Assembly: GCA_030295235.1 (NCBI GenBank)
Contig: AP026130.1
Coordinates: 434,001-498,000 of the forward strand
Direction: 5' to 3'
DNA length: 64,000 nt
Origin: Fistulifera solaris
Taxonomy: Eukaryota
The position numbers were made by a program, and so were the translations under genes. Below the pieces are notes generated by a model, which searched no databases, had not been told where the DNA came from, and saw only the letters and a list, made by a program, of their open reading frames with translations. Below are positions 1 through 11,993 of the stretch, piece after piece (position 1 is the first letter of the stretch; every line of letters starts with the position of its first letter).

Positions 1-1603
1 ATAAGCTCGTCGATCGACTGTCTATGCTTGTCCTCTTCGTTCCCTGACGATGCTTGAAGGGCTGTTCTTTCCAGCTCAACTATTTCGATTTCGCGCTGCT
101 TGACTTTTGCTTCATCCTTAGCGAGGACTTCTGTCTCATTCTGGTGTTCATCGACGGCAACCTTGTAAAGCGACCAAGCATACATTATTTCCGCATCCTT
201 CAGTTTCGATTCGAGCTTGTCAAGTTCTTCGTGTTCTTTGACCCTTTTCTTGGCTTCGTTAACAAGAAGTTCTTTTTTAGCTAGAGCATTGGTCATCTGT
301 TCAAGCGTCACCTTCAGCTCTTCAATTTCCTCGAGCGTGGCCGAATACTTTGCATTGATGCGAGACAAATCGTTTGCCTTCTGAAAGAACTCATACTTCT
401 CAGTATCACTTCCAAGAAGGAACTTTTTCGCTTTCTCCTGATCGAGCACGGCCACCGGATTATCGACCTGAATGTTTCTGTTCGATTAATGATCGAGCCA
501 TAGAATAATGAGAATGGGTCGCACGAAAACAAATGGCACGGAAAATAGGACTTACAGATGGTCTAGCATCCTGCAAAGATCTTTCTTTTCCTAGAAACCT
601 CACGACCTGCTTCGTCTAAAAGCTTGTAACCGTTGAAGCCTCCACTCCTGGTGATCGTACGCTCAACGGTGATCGTCTTACCATATTTATCAGCCTCGTA
701 AGCGTCTGAGCCTTCGTTTGTCAACGAAACGCGAACAATCGCTTCCGTCGGCTGATTTCTACCACCATCCGCGCGAATCAGATCTTTCAAGTTACCCGCA
801 CGATGAGTCGTCCGAGCCCCGGATCCCAAACAAATTTGGATCGCCGCCAAGATGGCTGACTTTCCGGAACCATTTTGACCGGTAATAAAATTCACGTTGC
901 GGCAGAAGTCGATGGTAAACTTGCGATGACACATGAAGTTCTCCACGTAGACCCTCTTAATGATTCCAACATGAATGCTGGGAGCCATCGATGCGTAGTT
1001 TGCTCGCGGTCTTTCATCAGCCTCCTCACGCTCCGAACTGATGTCTTTTTGATTTTCTTCTTCAGCGTTGACCGCAAAAGCAGGTATGTGTCGATCAATC
1101 GCAACATTGCGCTCCGGACCACGCCGTGCCGGCATTTTTCGATCATCATCCGAGCCTTCGTCACTTTCGACACCGCGCTGGGGGGCGACAACACGTGCCG
1201 GCATCTTTTGATCTTCATATAAACTTTCGTCACTTTCAAAGGTCCGGCTTCCGGCTACTTGCTCGTCATCTTGCCCACCGCTGACATCCCACGACTTGTG
1301 TTTGTCGACGTACCCAGCCAAAGCAGGCATACCTCGATCGTCATCCCAGCGAATCTCGACTTCGCGCTCCTGATGATCCACTCGTGCCGGCATTTTACGA
1401 TCATCTTCCGAACCTTCGTCACTTTCGGAATATTGACGCTTGGCTGGTCGCTCACCCTCTTCTTCACTTGAAGGGCTGCCGCGCTTCCACGGATTTGTGT
1501 TCGGAGTGAAAGCGACAAACGCCGGCAAATCGTCATCATCCGACCACTCGTGCATCTCGAGGAACCGCTGTTCCTCTTCTTGTCGCTCGGAATCTCTTTC
1601 CAT
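1..1603 (-). CDS. SMC6: Structural maintenance of chromosomes protein 6 (5' part; runs off the window start)
   Basis: VENFMCH..., Walker A GQNGSGKS and AIQICLG after a long acidic repeat-rich N-terminus. Intron 555-478 (gtaagt...cag), after which the frame reads NIQVDNPVAVLDQEKAKKFL followed by coiled coil. One A is missing near 586 (expected SRKKKDLCRMLDHL). Confidence 0.9.
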
Positions 1604-2397
1604 GTTAATAGATAATTTAATACAACAAAATTCAATGTATTTTTATTGTTTCATGATGGTATCTGTAGAAGATTCCAGCGAGAGAGATCCTTTCTTCCGG
1701 AGACGAAAACGGATTTTTGGCTCGAAATTCGTTCGATATTCCCAAAACATTTCAAGAACTTTTCAAGTACCACCCGACGTACATACATATCTTTCACCCG
1801 ATAGATATGTACGTACATGATCATTTGGCAAATACAAGGAAGAATGCAAGGCAATTTGCCAAAGATTAGTAACGGTTTGGCATCCTTTGCCAAATGAATG
1901 TTTTGTTTCGAGCAAGGAGGTGTGGTTTCGAGTTTTTTTGCGTGCGATGTTGCGAGTGCCGTAGAAGGTACTACCTTGGGTACTACTGTACGTACGTACT
2001 ACGCAAGGACGTACTGTATAGAGGTTTATGAAAACCATAACTTTAATCGAGTTGTACAGGTTACACTCTTTGTTTTTATTGTACACGTACCATTCGTACC
2101 AAGATGATTCCTCGTATGTAGGCTGTAGATCTTACGTACCTCCGGTACCGAACGAGAACTCCGCCGCGGCCCGACCTCGTCGTCGTTCCGTGCGACGACC
2201 ATGACACAAGCGGAGGAGCGCATGACACACATCAACATCGTCGTCCGCCAAAGAGTGCGAACAGCATTATTGCCGCTTGTTCTATCATTGTTTTACACAA
2301 TCACAAGGATTTGCGATACACGCCCTCCGGTCGAGCGCGGTGAAGGACAATTTCTTAATCTTCGAAACGAAAAAACTCGTTTCGAAGGGACACAATC

Positions 2398-4191
2398 ATG
2401 GCCGACGATGCCGCCGCACGCATGGAAAATAACAATAATCTTATAGGACCCATTCCGCCCCAAATTTCACCACAACCGAGTCGACAATGTTTGACGTGGA
2501 ATCGCATCGAATCTTCGGGAGTGCCCCCTCCCCGTTCGGGGGCCGCCAGTATTGTCGTCAAGGGCAAATTGTACGTTTTTGGGGGATACGGCGGTGGGAC
2601 CGGACGATTGGATGATTTTTACAGTTATGATTTTGACAGCAATGAATGGCAAGGAGTCCAAGTATTGTCGGAATATCGACCGGGTTGTCGAGAAAACAAC
2701 GGAGTGGTGATTTCCGATAGTTCCAGTGAAATATACCTTTTTGGAGGGTACGTCGCTTTGAAGAGAGAGAGGTTTCGTGTGTCAATTCACTCATATTTGT
2801 TACGCTTTCTCTTCAGATACAACGGCAACAGCTGGCTGAATGATTTGTGGAAATTTGATATCGAAACGAAATGCTGGACTTGCATCCAAGAATCTTCGGA
2901 TCCATTCCCCGCCGACGATGATACCGACGCCGCGGTGGGAGATGTCATGATGGGACCGGTGCAGCCCCCGGTCAAGGGAAAGATTCCGTGTCGTCGCTTT
3001 GGGTATGTTTCGGTCGTGCATCGTGGAAAATTCATTCTCTTTGGTGGTTTTGATGGTTCGCGCTGGTTGTCCGATATGCACATTTTCGTCTTTGAGACCC
3101 GAACTTGGACCGAAGTGCAGCCCAAGGGAAACGCTCCCAGTGCCCGATCGTGTCCCGCGTGGGCCAAGGATGACACGCATTTATGGATCCATGGTGGCTA
3201 TGATGGTGTAGACCGGAAGGCTGACTTTTTCGCTTTTGACTTGACGACTTATACGTGGACCGAGATTCCCTGTTTGGGTCGTCCTCCTCCTCCACGTTAC
3301 TTCCATTCCTGCTGTCTGTACGGGAACAAGCTCTATGTATACGGTGGGTACTCCGGGAGTGAACGACTCGGTGATATGTACTGTTTTGATTATGACACGA
3401 ACCATTGGAGTCAGGTGGACTGCAATCATGGTGAAGTTCCGAGTGGACGATCTTCCCTCGTGGCTCAGGTCCACAACAACTATCTTTACATATTTGGCGG
3501 TTACAATGGCTCCAATGTACTCAACGACTTTTACAAATTCCGACTCAAGACGATCGGTGTTCCGCCTCCCGCCTTGGTGGCCGACTTTCGTCGACTTATG
3601 AACGATTCTACCTTGGCCGACGTTTGTTTTCTGGTCGAAAATCAAGAAGTGTACGCTCATCGAGCTATTTTAGCTATCCGTTCCGAGTATTTCCGCGTCA
3701 TGTTGTGCGGTGGCATGCGAGAAAGTAGTACCATCCCTGGAGCAACCTCCCGCCAACCCATTGAACTCCCGGATGTTTCTCACGCGGTGTTCCTCAAGGT
3801 TCTCGAGTTTTTGTACACAGATACTTGTGAAGGAGTGTCGTTGGAGACGGGTATACACCTTCTCGTGGCGAGTGAACTGTTCATGTTGGACCGACTGAAA
3901 GCTCTTTGCGAAGAAATCATTCGACGTGACATTAATGTGGAGAATGTTGTGGGGATTTTGGTGGCGAGCTATCGACACAATGCCGAAGCCTTGAAAGATA
4001 TTGCTCTGGAATTTATACTTCGCCATTTAACAGATCCCATCGTCATGGCAGGATTGAGTGATTTACGTGTGGAACCGGATTTGCTATTGGAGATTATTCG
4101 GCGGAGTACACAAAACAATGGACCGAATAATGGTCATCAAGAAGGAGCTTCACTGGTGGCCCGTTTCGGGTCATCGTCTCCACTGAGATAG
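2398..4191 (+). CDS. Kelch-repeat plus BTB/POZ-BACK protein (LZTR1-like Cullin3 adaptor)
   Basis: Six GG-containing kelch repeats (FGGY, FGGF, HGGY, YGGY) followed by a BTB domain (ADVCFLVENQEVYAHRAILAIRSEYFRVML). Probable in-frame 69-nt intron 2748-2816. Confidence 0.9.
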   Translation: MADDAAARMENNNNLIGPIPPQISPQPSRQCLTWNRIESSGVPPPRSGAASIVVKGKLYVFGGYGGGTGRLDDFYSYDFDSNEWQGVQVLSEYRPGCRENNGVVISDSSSEIYLFGGYVALKRERFRVSIHSYLLRFLFRYNGNSWLNDLWKFDIETKCWTCIQESSDPFPADDDTDAAVGDVMMGPVQPPVKGKIPCRRFGYVSVVHRGKFILFGGFDGSRWLSDMHIFVFETRTWTEVQPKGNAPSARSCPAWAKDDTHLWIHGGYDGVDRKADFFAFDLTTYTWTEIPCLGRPPPPRYFHSCCLYGNKLYVYGGYSGSERLGDMYCFDYDTNHWSQVDCNHGEVPSGRSSLVAQVHNNYLYIFGGYNGSNVLNDFYKFRLKTIGVPPPALVADFRRLMNDSTLADVCFLVENQEVYAHRAILAIRSEYFRVMLCGGMRESSTIPGATSRQPIELPDVSHAVFLKVLEFLYTDTCEGVSLETGIHLLVASELFMLDRLKALCEEIIRRDINVENVVGILVASYRHNAEALKDIALEFILRHLTDPIVMAGLSDLRVEPDLLLEIIRRSTQNNGPNNGHQEGASLVARFGSSSPLR

Positions 4192-4526
4192 ATGCGGCAA
4201 AAAAAGTATTTCAGTCGGTTGTTTTAATATATATATTCAATTAAGTTGTAGTAAAGAGTTATTACTCCGTATTCAATTTTTGTTCTATGTTACAAAAAGT
4301 TGCCTTAGTCGTCAATCATCCGGTACTAACTTAATCGCTCCGGTACTAGTTTAGTAACAATAGCTTGTGAAGTGTACGCAACGGATTTTTAGTTTCCCGC
4401 CATTTCGGACGAAAAATAAATGTTTTGGTTATATTGTTGCCGTCGCACTGAATATTCAAACATAACAAGCAACGATCGCTTCACAATCTCGCATCCGTCA
4501 ACGATTTAAATTTAATATACGGTATA

Positions 4527-5771
4527 ATGACATCCGCCGGAACTCCATGGGTCGAACTATACCGGCCGAAATCGCTACAAGATGTTTCTCATCAATCGGA
4601 AGTCGTTGCTACTTTACAGAATGCTGTAGAAACGGGTCGCATGCCTCATTTGTTGTTTTACGGGCCCCCGGGTAGTGGGAAGGTGTGTTATGTGTTAGCA
4701 GCTCTTATTTATGATTTGTTGTTCGAAGCACGCCCTCATTCTTCCTCGTTCCCTCAGACATCGGTAGCATTGGCACTCTGTCGACAATTGTGGCATCCCT
4801 CGGACTGGAAACGACGTGTTTTGGAATTAAATGCATCCGATGAACGAGGAATCTCTGTGGTTCGTGAGAAAATCAAAAACTTTGCAAGTCTCGCGGTAGG
4901 AAAACCACAAGAAGCATCCTTCTTTTCGAAAAAGAAGAAAAGACGAGGATAGCATGGATGTGGAAGAAAAGAAATATCCGAATCCTCCTTTCAAAATTAT
5001 CATCTTGGATGAAGCAGATACTGTGACACCTGATGCGCAAGCGGCACTGCGTCGAATCATTGTAAGTGAAGGGAGAAAACCGCCGCTAGCACACCTTCTC
5101 TGATATGTCACTCATTGCTACTTCCATTTACCCAAACACAGGAAGCGCATTCGAAAATCACTCGCTTCATCCTCATTTGCAACTACGTGACCCGCGTCAT
5201 TGAGCCTCTGGCATCCCGTTGTGCGAAATTCCGTTTCCAGGCATTGCCTCCGGCATCGATGCGAGATCGTCTTTTGACCATTGCTGCCGCCGAAGGTTGT
5301 TCGGAACAAGAAGTCTCACTCGTGGACGAAATATTGGAGCAAGCGGACGGTGACATGCGTCGTGCCGTCACGACATTGCAGTCGGTTCATTCGTTGGCGG
5401 TGGGATCCCAGCCATTGAGCAAGGATATCATTTCCGAGATTGCTGGTTTGCCTCCAGTTGCGGTGATGGATCAATTGTGGAAGACGTTGGGTGCCGATGG
5501 CACGGCCGCCACGTATGATAGTATGCAGAAAATGGTCGAGAGCATTTCGGCCGATGGCTATTCGGCAAAATTACTCTTATCCACTTTGTTGACGAGAGTG
5601 GTTGTCGATAACACCTTGTCGGAATTGGACAAGGCTGAACTAGCCATTCGCATTGCGGAGGCGGAAAAGTGTATGATGGATGGTGCCGATGAATATTTAC
5701 AGCTCCTGACCGTTTGCGGTCACGCACTCGGTTGTTTCTCCCGTTCTGCCCAAGGAAGCGCGAGGCAATAA
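4527..5771 (+). CDS. RFC4: Replication factor C small subunit (RFC4 / yeast RFC2 type)
   Basis: [42 protein letters not shown] motif and GDMRRA. Introns 4683-4757 and 5062-5141. One frameshift in the A-rich run near 4930-4942. Confidence 0.93.
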
Positions 5772-5881
5772 GCAGTAGATGGATGAATATGAGACAAAAG
5801 TAATCACAATATTTAAGATACTGTTCGCAACAGAAGCGATTTCACCGCCTACTCCTTAGCTGGAAGTTCTCGAAAGAGAGT

Positions 5882-5995
5882 CGCTTTTCTTAGCAACATC
5901 AATTGAAGATGACAATCCTTTATTTCTTTTACTAAGAACGCTTTTCTTAGCAACATCAATTGAAGATGACAATCCTTTATTTCTTTTACTAAGAA
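5882..5995 (+). repeat. Perfect 57-bp tandem duplication between convergent RFC4 and RPL17 3' ends
   Basis: cgcttttcttagcaacatcaattgaagatgacaatcctttatttcttttactaagaa occurs at 5882-5938 and 5939-5995. Confidence 0.95.
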
Positions 5996-5998
5996 AAT

Positions 5999-6756
5999 TT
6001 ATACCAACTCCAGAATAGCCATTTTGGCATTGTCACCTTGACGAGCTACAGTTCGCAAAACACGAGTGTATCCACCATTTTGTTCACCATATCGATCGGG
6101 AGCAGCTTCAAAGAGAGAATGGACCAAATTTTTGTCGTAGACCCAGGCCATGGCCTGACGACGAGCGTGCAAATCCCCTCGCTTACCGAGTTCAATCATG
6201 TGATCGACATGTTTGCGAACCGCCTTGGCACGTACTAGGGTAGTTTTAATACGACCGTGTCGAATGACTTCGGTCGTCAAAGCACGCAACAGTGCCTTTC
6301 GTTGATCGGCGGGCTTGCCGAGTGTCTTGAAACCCTTGCGATGACGCATCATGTTGAGTTCCGATCGTCCCGTGTGCACTGATGCGGAAGGAGAAATCAC
6401 CAAGGCTTGACCGACAAAGGCACTACCGCCGGTGACTGTTGCAAGATAAGAGGAGAAGAGGTAGAAGTAATGAGTCAACACGTCGCAAACGAGCAATAAT
6501 TCGGGAAAAATAGAAACATCACAATCAGTTTCGATATAACATCCGGTCAAAACTCCCTAAAAAGCTCTAAATTAACACCCCTTTCACAAAAGCAAAACTA
6601 AATCAAACCCAATCGCAGAAGTTCGTTGAATGACTACGAAATCAACACAAACATCGTGGAGGAAACGACGGTTTCACTGATTGCACTTTACACTCCGAAC
6701 ATACCGAACGCAGAAGCTCCCACAAGGAGAAGAGAAAGGAGAGCAAGAACTCTCAT
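5999..6756 (-). CDS. rpl17: Nucleus-encoded plastid 50S ribosomal protein L17
   Basis: [37 protein letters not shown]...GGYTRVLR is the bL17 signature. Exon 1 encodes [17 protein letters not shown]; intron 6704-6436. Confidence 0.93.
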
Positions 6757-7211
6757 TGTTGTAAATTCTATGGAATACAGCAGCCGGCCGTTGCTATGAT
6801 TGCCTCGAAGGGTTGATGGAGTTGAGAGCAGCGAACGACGAGGCTGATGTGTTCTTTGTTGCCATGGTCTATCACAACCGATGGACGGTCGATCGTTTGG
6901 ATGGAAGTGCGTCAGACATCAAGCTACGGTTCTCGTGGAAAACGCGCGGGAAAAGGTATTATTTGTGGATGGATTCCAGATTCTATTTCGATATGTAATA
7001 TATATTGTACGGTTCAATGCCGATCAGCATTCGAGTATGTCGTTCACGTTAACCTCTGTCCTTCGACCGTTATTATGCTGTCCGCTCGCGACAGGAACAT
7101 CACATTGCGCAACACATCAGCCTGCAATAAGACGACAAACGGTAAACAGAGAGAGTGTTGACGTTCCTCGTCTCTTGCAACACTATTATTGATTAAAGAA
7201 TAGACAACACC

Positions 7212-7792
7212 ATGAAGGTTGCCTTTGTTTGCTCTGCACTGCTTGCTAGTGCCTCTGCGTTCGGTACGTCGATTAGCAACGAAAAAGACGACGCAAGGAG
7301 ACTGCTTTTTGCACTAGGAAAGCGGTGCTGTTTTCCGTGTCGTTGAAAGCGCATCCCATTTCCGTGATAGGGTCTTCGAAGAGTCAATATTTTCTTTTGC
7401 ATTATTCTTTCTTGTCTTCTCACGCACATACTCTTGTTTCAGGCATTGCCCCCACCGCCCACCGAACAAGCACAACCCGCCTATCGGCACTTTTGCCCAA
7501 GGAAGAAATGGACACGGATCAACTCGAGATTCTTAAAATCACGGAACGATGGAATGAGGTACGATTGCTGTCGAAGGAGGAAGCCGCCAAATTGGAACCC
7601 GAATGGAAAGAAGCCTACGAACGATATTATGAAAAGTACGATCGCGACATGTCCATGATGGAAGAGATCGCCACCAAATTGCAGAGCATGATTGAGCCGC
7701 CCAATGTTAAGGCCAAGACCAAGGGACAAAGACGTCGTGATGCTTGGGCCAAGAAACAGGCAACGGCGGCGGCGCGTGCGCTTAAGAAGTAA
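7212..7792 (+). CDS. Plastid-targeted hypothetical protein, helical with a basic C-terminus
   Basis: Exon 1 encodes MKVAFVCSALLASASAF; intron 7264-7442 (gtacgt...ttcag). Exon 2 is open to TAA at 7792 and begins with an S/T/R-rich transit peptide. Confidence 0.8.
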
Positions 7793-8145
7793 AAGTGAAA
7801 ATGAATATGACGGACAGGATTCTAACTCTCTTACTCATCGAATTTTTTAGTTAGGCGTGTCTTGTACTCTGAATTGCGAAATTTGTAGTAAACGCAGCAA
7901 AGATACAAAGGATGCATATTGTGCTTCAAACTAGACTTTTATTAGTTGATTTTTAGTTCAAAATCCCTTTCATTTCTGTTCTTAGCAATGGAAGAGAGAC
8001 GCTTTCAGACTCGATAAAGCCAAATGAAGGAATCAATTTCGTTCGATTGTTATGATCTGAATACGCGTCTGATGATCAATAGTTTTTAACCTTCGACCCG
8101 TTTTCAGGAATTTCCGTCGCGTTGCTAGTCGATTGATAATGTCCT

Positions 8146-9057
8146 CTACTGGTCTTTTCGAGGTTCCTCAACCGACGGTTGTGGCAATGCACTGTAGATC
8201 AATTTCATACACTTCTGTTTGAGATCCTCCAAATTTTCCTTGCCGGTGACTTTCACCGACGGATGAACCGTTAAAGTAATTACGGGGGCAGACCCACCCC
8301 ACAGGACATTGAAGGGATACAACGAATTCCATATATCGTGAGGAATTTGTATTGACAAGGGAATTAAACGAGTTTGATTCGTTTGTGCCATGACAAAGGC
8401 CCCATTTTTGAAGGGTAATTGCTCCGCCATGCGGCGTGTGCCTTGCGGAAACAAAAACATGGGAATTCCCGCTTGTAAGGCTTGCTTGGATTTCTCAAAC
8501 AAGGTCGATACACTAGATTGATTTTTTCCGGTACGTCGATCAATCATAACATGTCCTCCCAACCACATGACTTGCCCGACGCCCGGCAAATAATAAACGG
8601 ATTGTTTGGCAATCCATTTGAACCGCTGATTCAAGTAGTACGCGGCTCCGACATCGAGTTGGCTGGCGTGATTCGCGATGAAAATAGGAGCCGGTACTTC
8701 CTTTTGTGTAGGTAAATGCTCTGTGCCTCTAATTTGGACCCGCCCTATTAATAATACAGTACAACACCGAGCCACCCAGTGCTCAACGAAATGATGACAA
8801 TCGTATTCGAGATCGGATCTTCCAAGCATAAGAATCCATTTCAATGTCACCAAAACAACACCACATAAACACATGAGCATCCAAAGTTGATTGTATACGA
8901 AGACTTTAATACAACCCCACAAAGAAAGAGAGGGAAGGGATGCAGGTTTCCAAATCTTTCGTTCTTGTAAAACAGCCACACCCGCCGCTACTGTTGTGAC
9001 GACAATGACATAACCACCGATTGCTCGAGCAGCGTAATGAACAAGAATACTGCTCAT
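8146..9057 (-). CDS. 1-acyl-sn-glycerol-3-phosphate acyltransferase (PlsC/LPAAT family)
   Basis: NHASQLD (HX4D), KWIAKQS, IDR and FPQGTR blocks; N-terminal hydrophobic helices; intronless. Confidence 0.88.
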   Translation of the reverse strand: MSSILVHYAARAIGGYVIVVTTVAAGVAVLQERKIWKPASLPSLSLWGCIKVFVYNQLWMLMCLCGVVLVTLKWILMLGRSDLEYDCHHFVEHWVARCCTVLLIGRVQIRGTEHLPTQKEVPAPIFIANHASQLDVGAAYYLNQRFKWIAKQSVYYLPGVGQVMWLGGHVMIDRRTGKNQSSVSTLFEKSKQALQAGIPMFLFPQGTRRMAEQLPFKNGAFVMAQTNQTRLIPLSIQIPHDIWNSLYPFNVLWGGSAPVITLTVHPSVKVTGKENLEDLKQKCMKLIYSALPQPSVEEPRKDQ

Positions 9058-9770
9058 TTCTTCAATTGCAAGCGTTATGACCACTTTTAGTCAAGACAAA
9101 TGATAAGACGATGCAAACAGAAACAGAAAGGAATGATTAAATCGAAGAAAGAAAAAATGAAAAATGAAAACGCGATGCAGCGAGAAAAACATTTTCTGCC
9201 TCTGTCGTCGTACCGGTAATAAAACGCTGTGGTCTTTTGTGACTCAAACTCGTGAATGCCTCTTTTGTACATCGATCGACCGATCCCGATCGACACGTCA
9301 TTTTTTTTTAATAGTATAAATAATATTATTCCTATTAATTGCCTAACCGTCAGGATGTAATCTTGTCATTCGACTGAATTTTTTTTTTTTTAAAACGAGT
9401 AGAATAAAATCCTAAATATTTATTCCTAATTTTCCTGAAATGCGGATGCTTTTTCGACATTTGACTGAATTTTCCACTGGTTTTTCTCTTTTGGCACAAA
9501 CAATTTATTTTTCATCTCAATTTTTCACATATATTTCAGTCCGACACTTCGTTGAGTAATCTTTGGTTCTAACTCTCTAGCCTTAGTGCGTCATTATTAT
9601 TTTCGCAATAGAACAATAAAAGTCTCGTCGACGCCGTCGTCGCTTCATTAACTCGTTCATTACATCCTTCAAGAAAGGATAAGAGCTGTTGTAATACTCA
9701 ATAAGACCGGCATCATTAAGCCTGCACACGATAGGGAGAGCGAAAGCAACGGACAGCTACCTTCCGAAAA

Positions 9771-10555
9771 ATGATACGACTACATTCAATTTTTCTTCTG
9801 GCACTTTTTTTGTTCTCCGTTTCTCATGGATTTCATACTATTCACCGACAACCAATCTCTTTTCAAAATGTTAAACAGCGATCTATTGGTTCATCATTGT
9901 ACATGGGTCCCGAAGAAGCTTGGGCAGCTTACAATACAGCACTACAGACGGATCCTTTGATCACAAAAAGTATTACAGCATCAGTAATTTTAGGAGCCGC
10001 GGACTTGACGGGTCAAGCGCTCGAAAATCGATCCAAAATCTCCTCCTCTATCGATTGGGCACGATCGGCTCGATTTGCCTTTTTCGGTCTTGTATTACAA
10101 GCGCCTTGGAATCATTTTTATTACTTGTTGTTGGATGGTGTCCTTCCTCCGACCGAAGATCCATTTACGGCCACGAATTTCCTCAAAGTCGTCATTGATC
10201 AAGGACTACAAGCTCCTTTATTTACAATTCTGATTTTTGTATTTTTGGGGGCTTTGGAAGGGAAACAATTGGAGGCTATTCAGCAACAATTGCAGAAGGA
10301 TTACAAAAACACGATGCTGGCCAATTGTAAGTCTTGCATGCATGCTTGGGTGTGATGGAAGAGTTTTCCTCCTTTTCTTACTTCTTGTATTGTTGTTTCT
10401 ATGTATCGATAGGGAAAGTATTCATTCCAGCCACGGCAATCAACATAGGCTTCGTTCCACCCATCTTTCGAGTGTTATTTCTAAATTTGGTGTTCTTTGG
10501 GTGGTCTATCTACCTTTCGCTATTGTTGAACAAGGACGAGAGTGAGCAATCATGA
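9771..10555 (+). CDS. Mpv17/PMP22 family membrane protein with a signal/plastid presequence
   Basis: PLITKSITAS...GAADLTGQ, DWARSARF, KVVIDQ, ANWKVFIPA. Intron 10327-10412. N-terminal signal peptide ending VSHG-F. Confidence 0.88.
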
Positions 10556-11032
10556 GAAAAGGAGTAATTTACGATACTTATATAGCGCGGCTTCTTTGGT
10601 CTGCGACAATGGGAACGTGGCGAAGCGGATATAGTCGGGTCAAGTATAGAACCCTTGTGATCTCTCACGCGGCCGCTATCAGAAAAGAATCATCTAAAAC
10701 ATTTTAGATTAAGAGAGTTTAGGTTTTACCATGAAGTTCTATTTGGTCACCCTCCAAATCAAACGTTTTGAAAATGTGTCGTTTACTTTCCGTTTCCGTG
10801 AATTCTGCGGTAATGATCGGACAAAGTAACACTGGAGTGATATGTACAAGAGACACCTTCGTGGGACTGAAAGAAGAAAAACGACGAAAGATCTAAGGAA
10901 CAAAAAAAAAGAAAAAAATAATAATAAGCGACCATGGCGTCAATGCTGCTGCAAGTGTTGTGATTGTGGTGACAAATCTAATTCAGTTTGTGTTGCTGAT
11001 ACTAACAGCGGACGCTTCGTACCGAGTCATGA

Positions 11033-11407
11033 CTGACACTCGGCGGTAACGACATCGGTTCGATCGACAAAAGAAGAATGATATTCAGAATCGACTGGAA
11101 ACGCCATGGTCCTTGGAAACGGAAGGAAACGGAAGATAACGACACGATTCAGTTTCATTTTGCAATGCATCAGGGCACCTTTTCTTCTCACAAATTCAAG
11201 AGCACGCGAGCAAGAATGTTCCCTTCCCTCTTCAAACGTGTTCGACTGTCCATGCCCATGTATCTCGCTCAAGGTGCACGTGTCGTTCCTGAAAATAACA
11301 TCCTGGAATACGAGTTGGAGGAGGTTCAAGTCGAGATGTCTTTGGACATCAATGTTGAAGAAATACTGAGTCGCCTCGTGCAGAGTTCATCTCGAGTCGA
11401 TCGGTGA
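11033..11407 (+). CDS. Possible hypothetical protein (5' structure unresolved)
   Basis: Frame open from 11033 to 11407 with protein-like composition; no motif recognised and no clean start or exon join found. Confidence 0.3.
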   Translation: MTLGGNDIGSIDKRRMIFRIDWKRHGPWKRKETEDNDTIQFHFAMHQGTFSSHKFKSTRARMFPSLFKRVRLSMPMYLAQGARVVPENNILEYELEEVQVEMSLDINVEEILSRLVQSSSRVDR

Positions 11408-11993
11408 AGCAAAACTGCATGTGCGCGTCCGTATCGTCTAGCAAAAGCCGATCTCTAGCGAAAATTATTGATCGCTGCAGAAAGTACACCTCGGAGTATA
11501 ACACATTCTACAACAGCGTTACTTCAATTGTCTTATTGTTGTGATTACGTACGCTTGAAGGTTTGCAAAGCTAATAGATATGCTTTGTTTGTCTTCAAGC
11601 TTCTAGCAAGAAACGTTCATAATAAGTACTTGCTGCTTCATTTTGTTACAAGGTAGCCTGATCGTGTTTACCATACTTTCAGTAAATTTCACGTTGCATT
11701 AGATTTTAAGCGCGGCGCTTTTCGCGGCGCCTTAGCTTTCAAAACGAACGCGTTACTTATCTGTCTACCGTCTGATTTAGACTGCTACTGTATAGATTTT
11801 GGCAAGCGGGACAGGCCAACAACGTGACTGAAGCGAGAGCTCGTTCAAAAACGACGCGCGTCATGCGCGAGTGAGTGACGACGCGAGAACGAAAAAGACG
11901 AAGAATGAAAAAATGATGCTGTCGTTTCTATTCGTCATTGTATGGAAGAGCACATAATAAGGAATACGAAGGAATCATCAAACGTTTCAAAAG

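Noticed and set aside
4925..4955. Programmed ribosomal frameshifting or pseudogene status for RFC4 and other split genes
   Set aside because: Breaks fall mostly in homopolymers, in both directions, across many essential genes, without other decay; assembly error is more parsimonious.
5882..5995. CRISPR-like array
   Set aside because: Only two adjacent copies with no spacers, eukaryotic context, and no cas genes.
6436..6704. snoRNA inside the long rpl17 intron
   Set aside because: No convincing C/D box pair or H/ACA hairpins could be seen.
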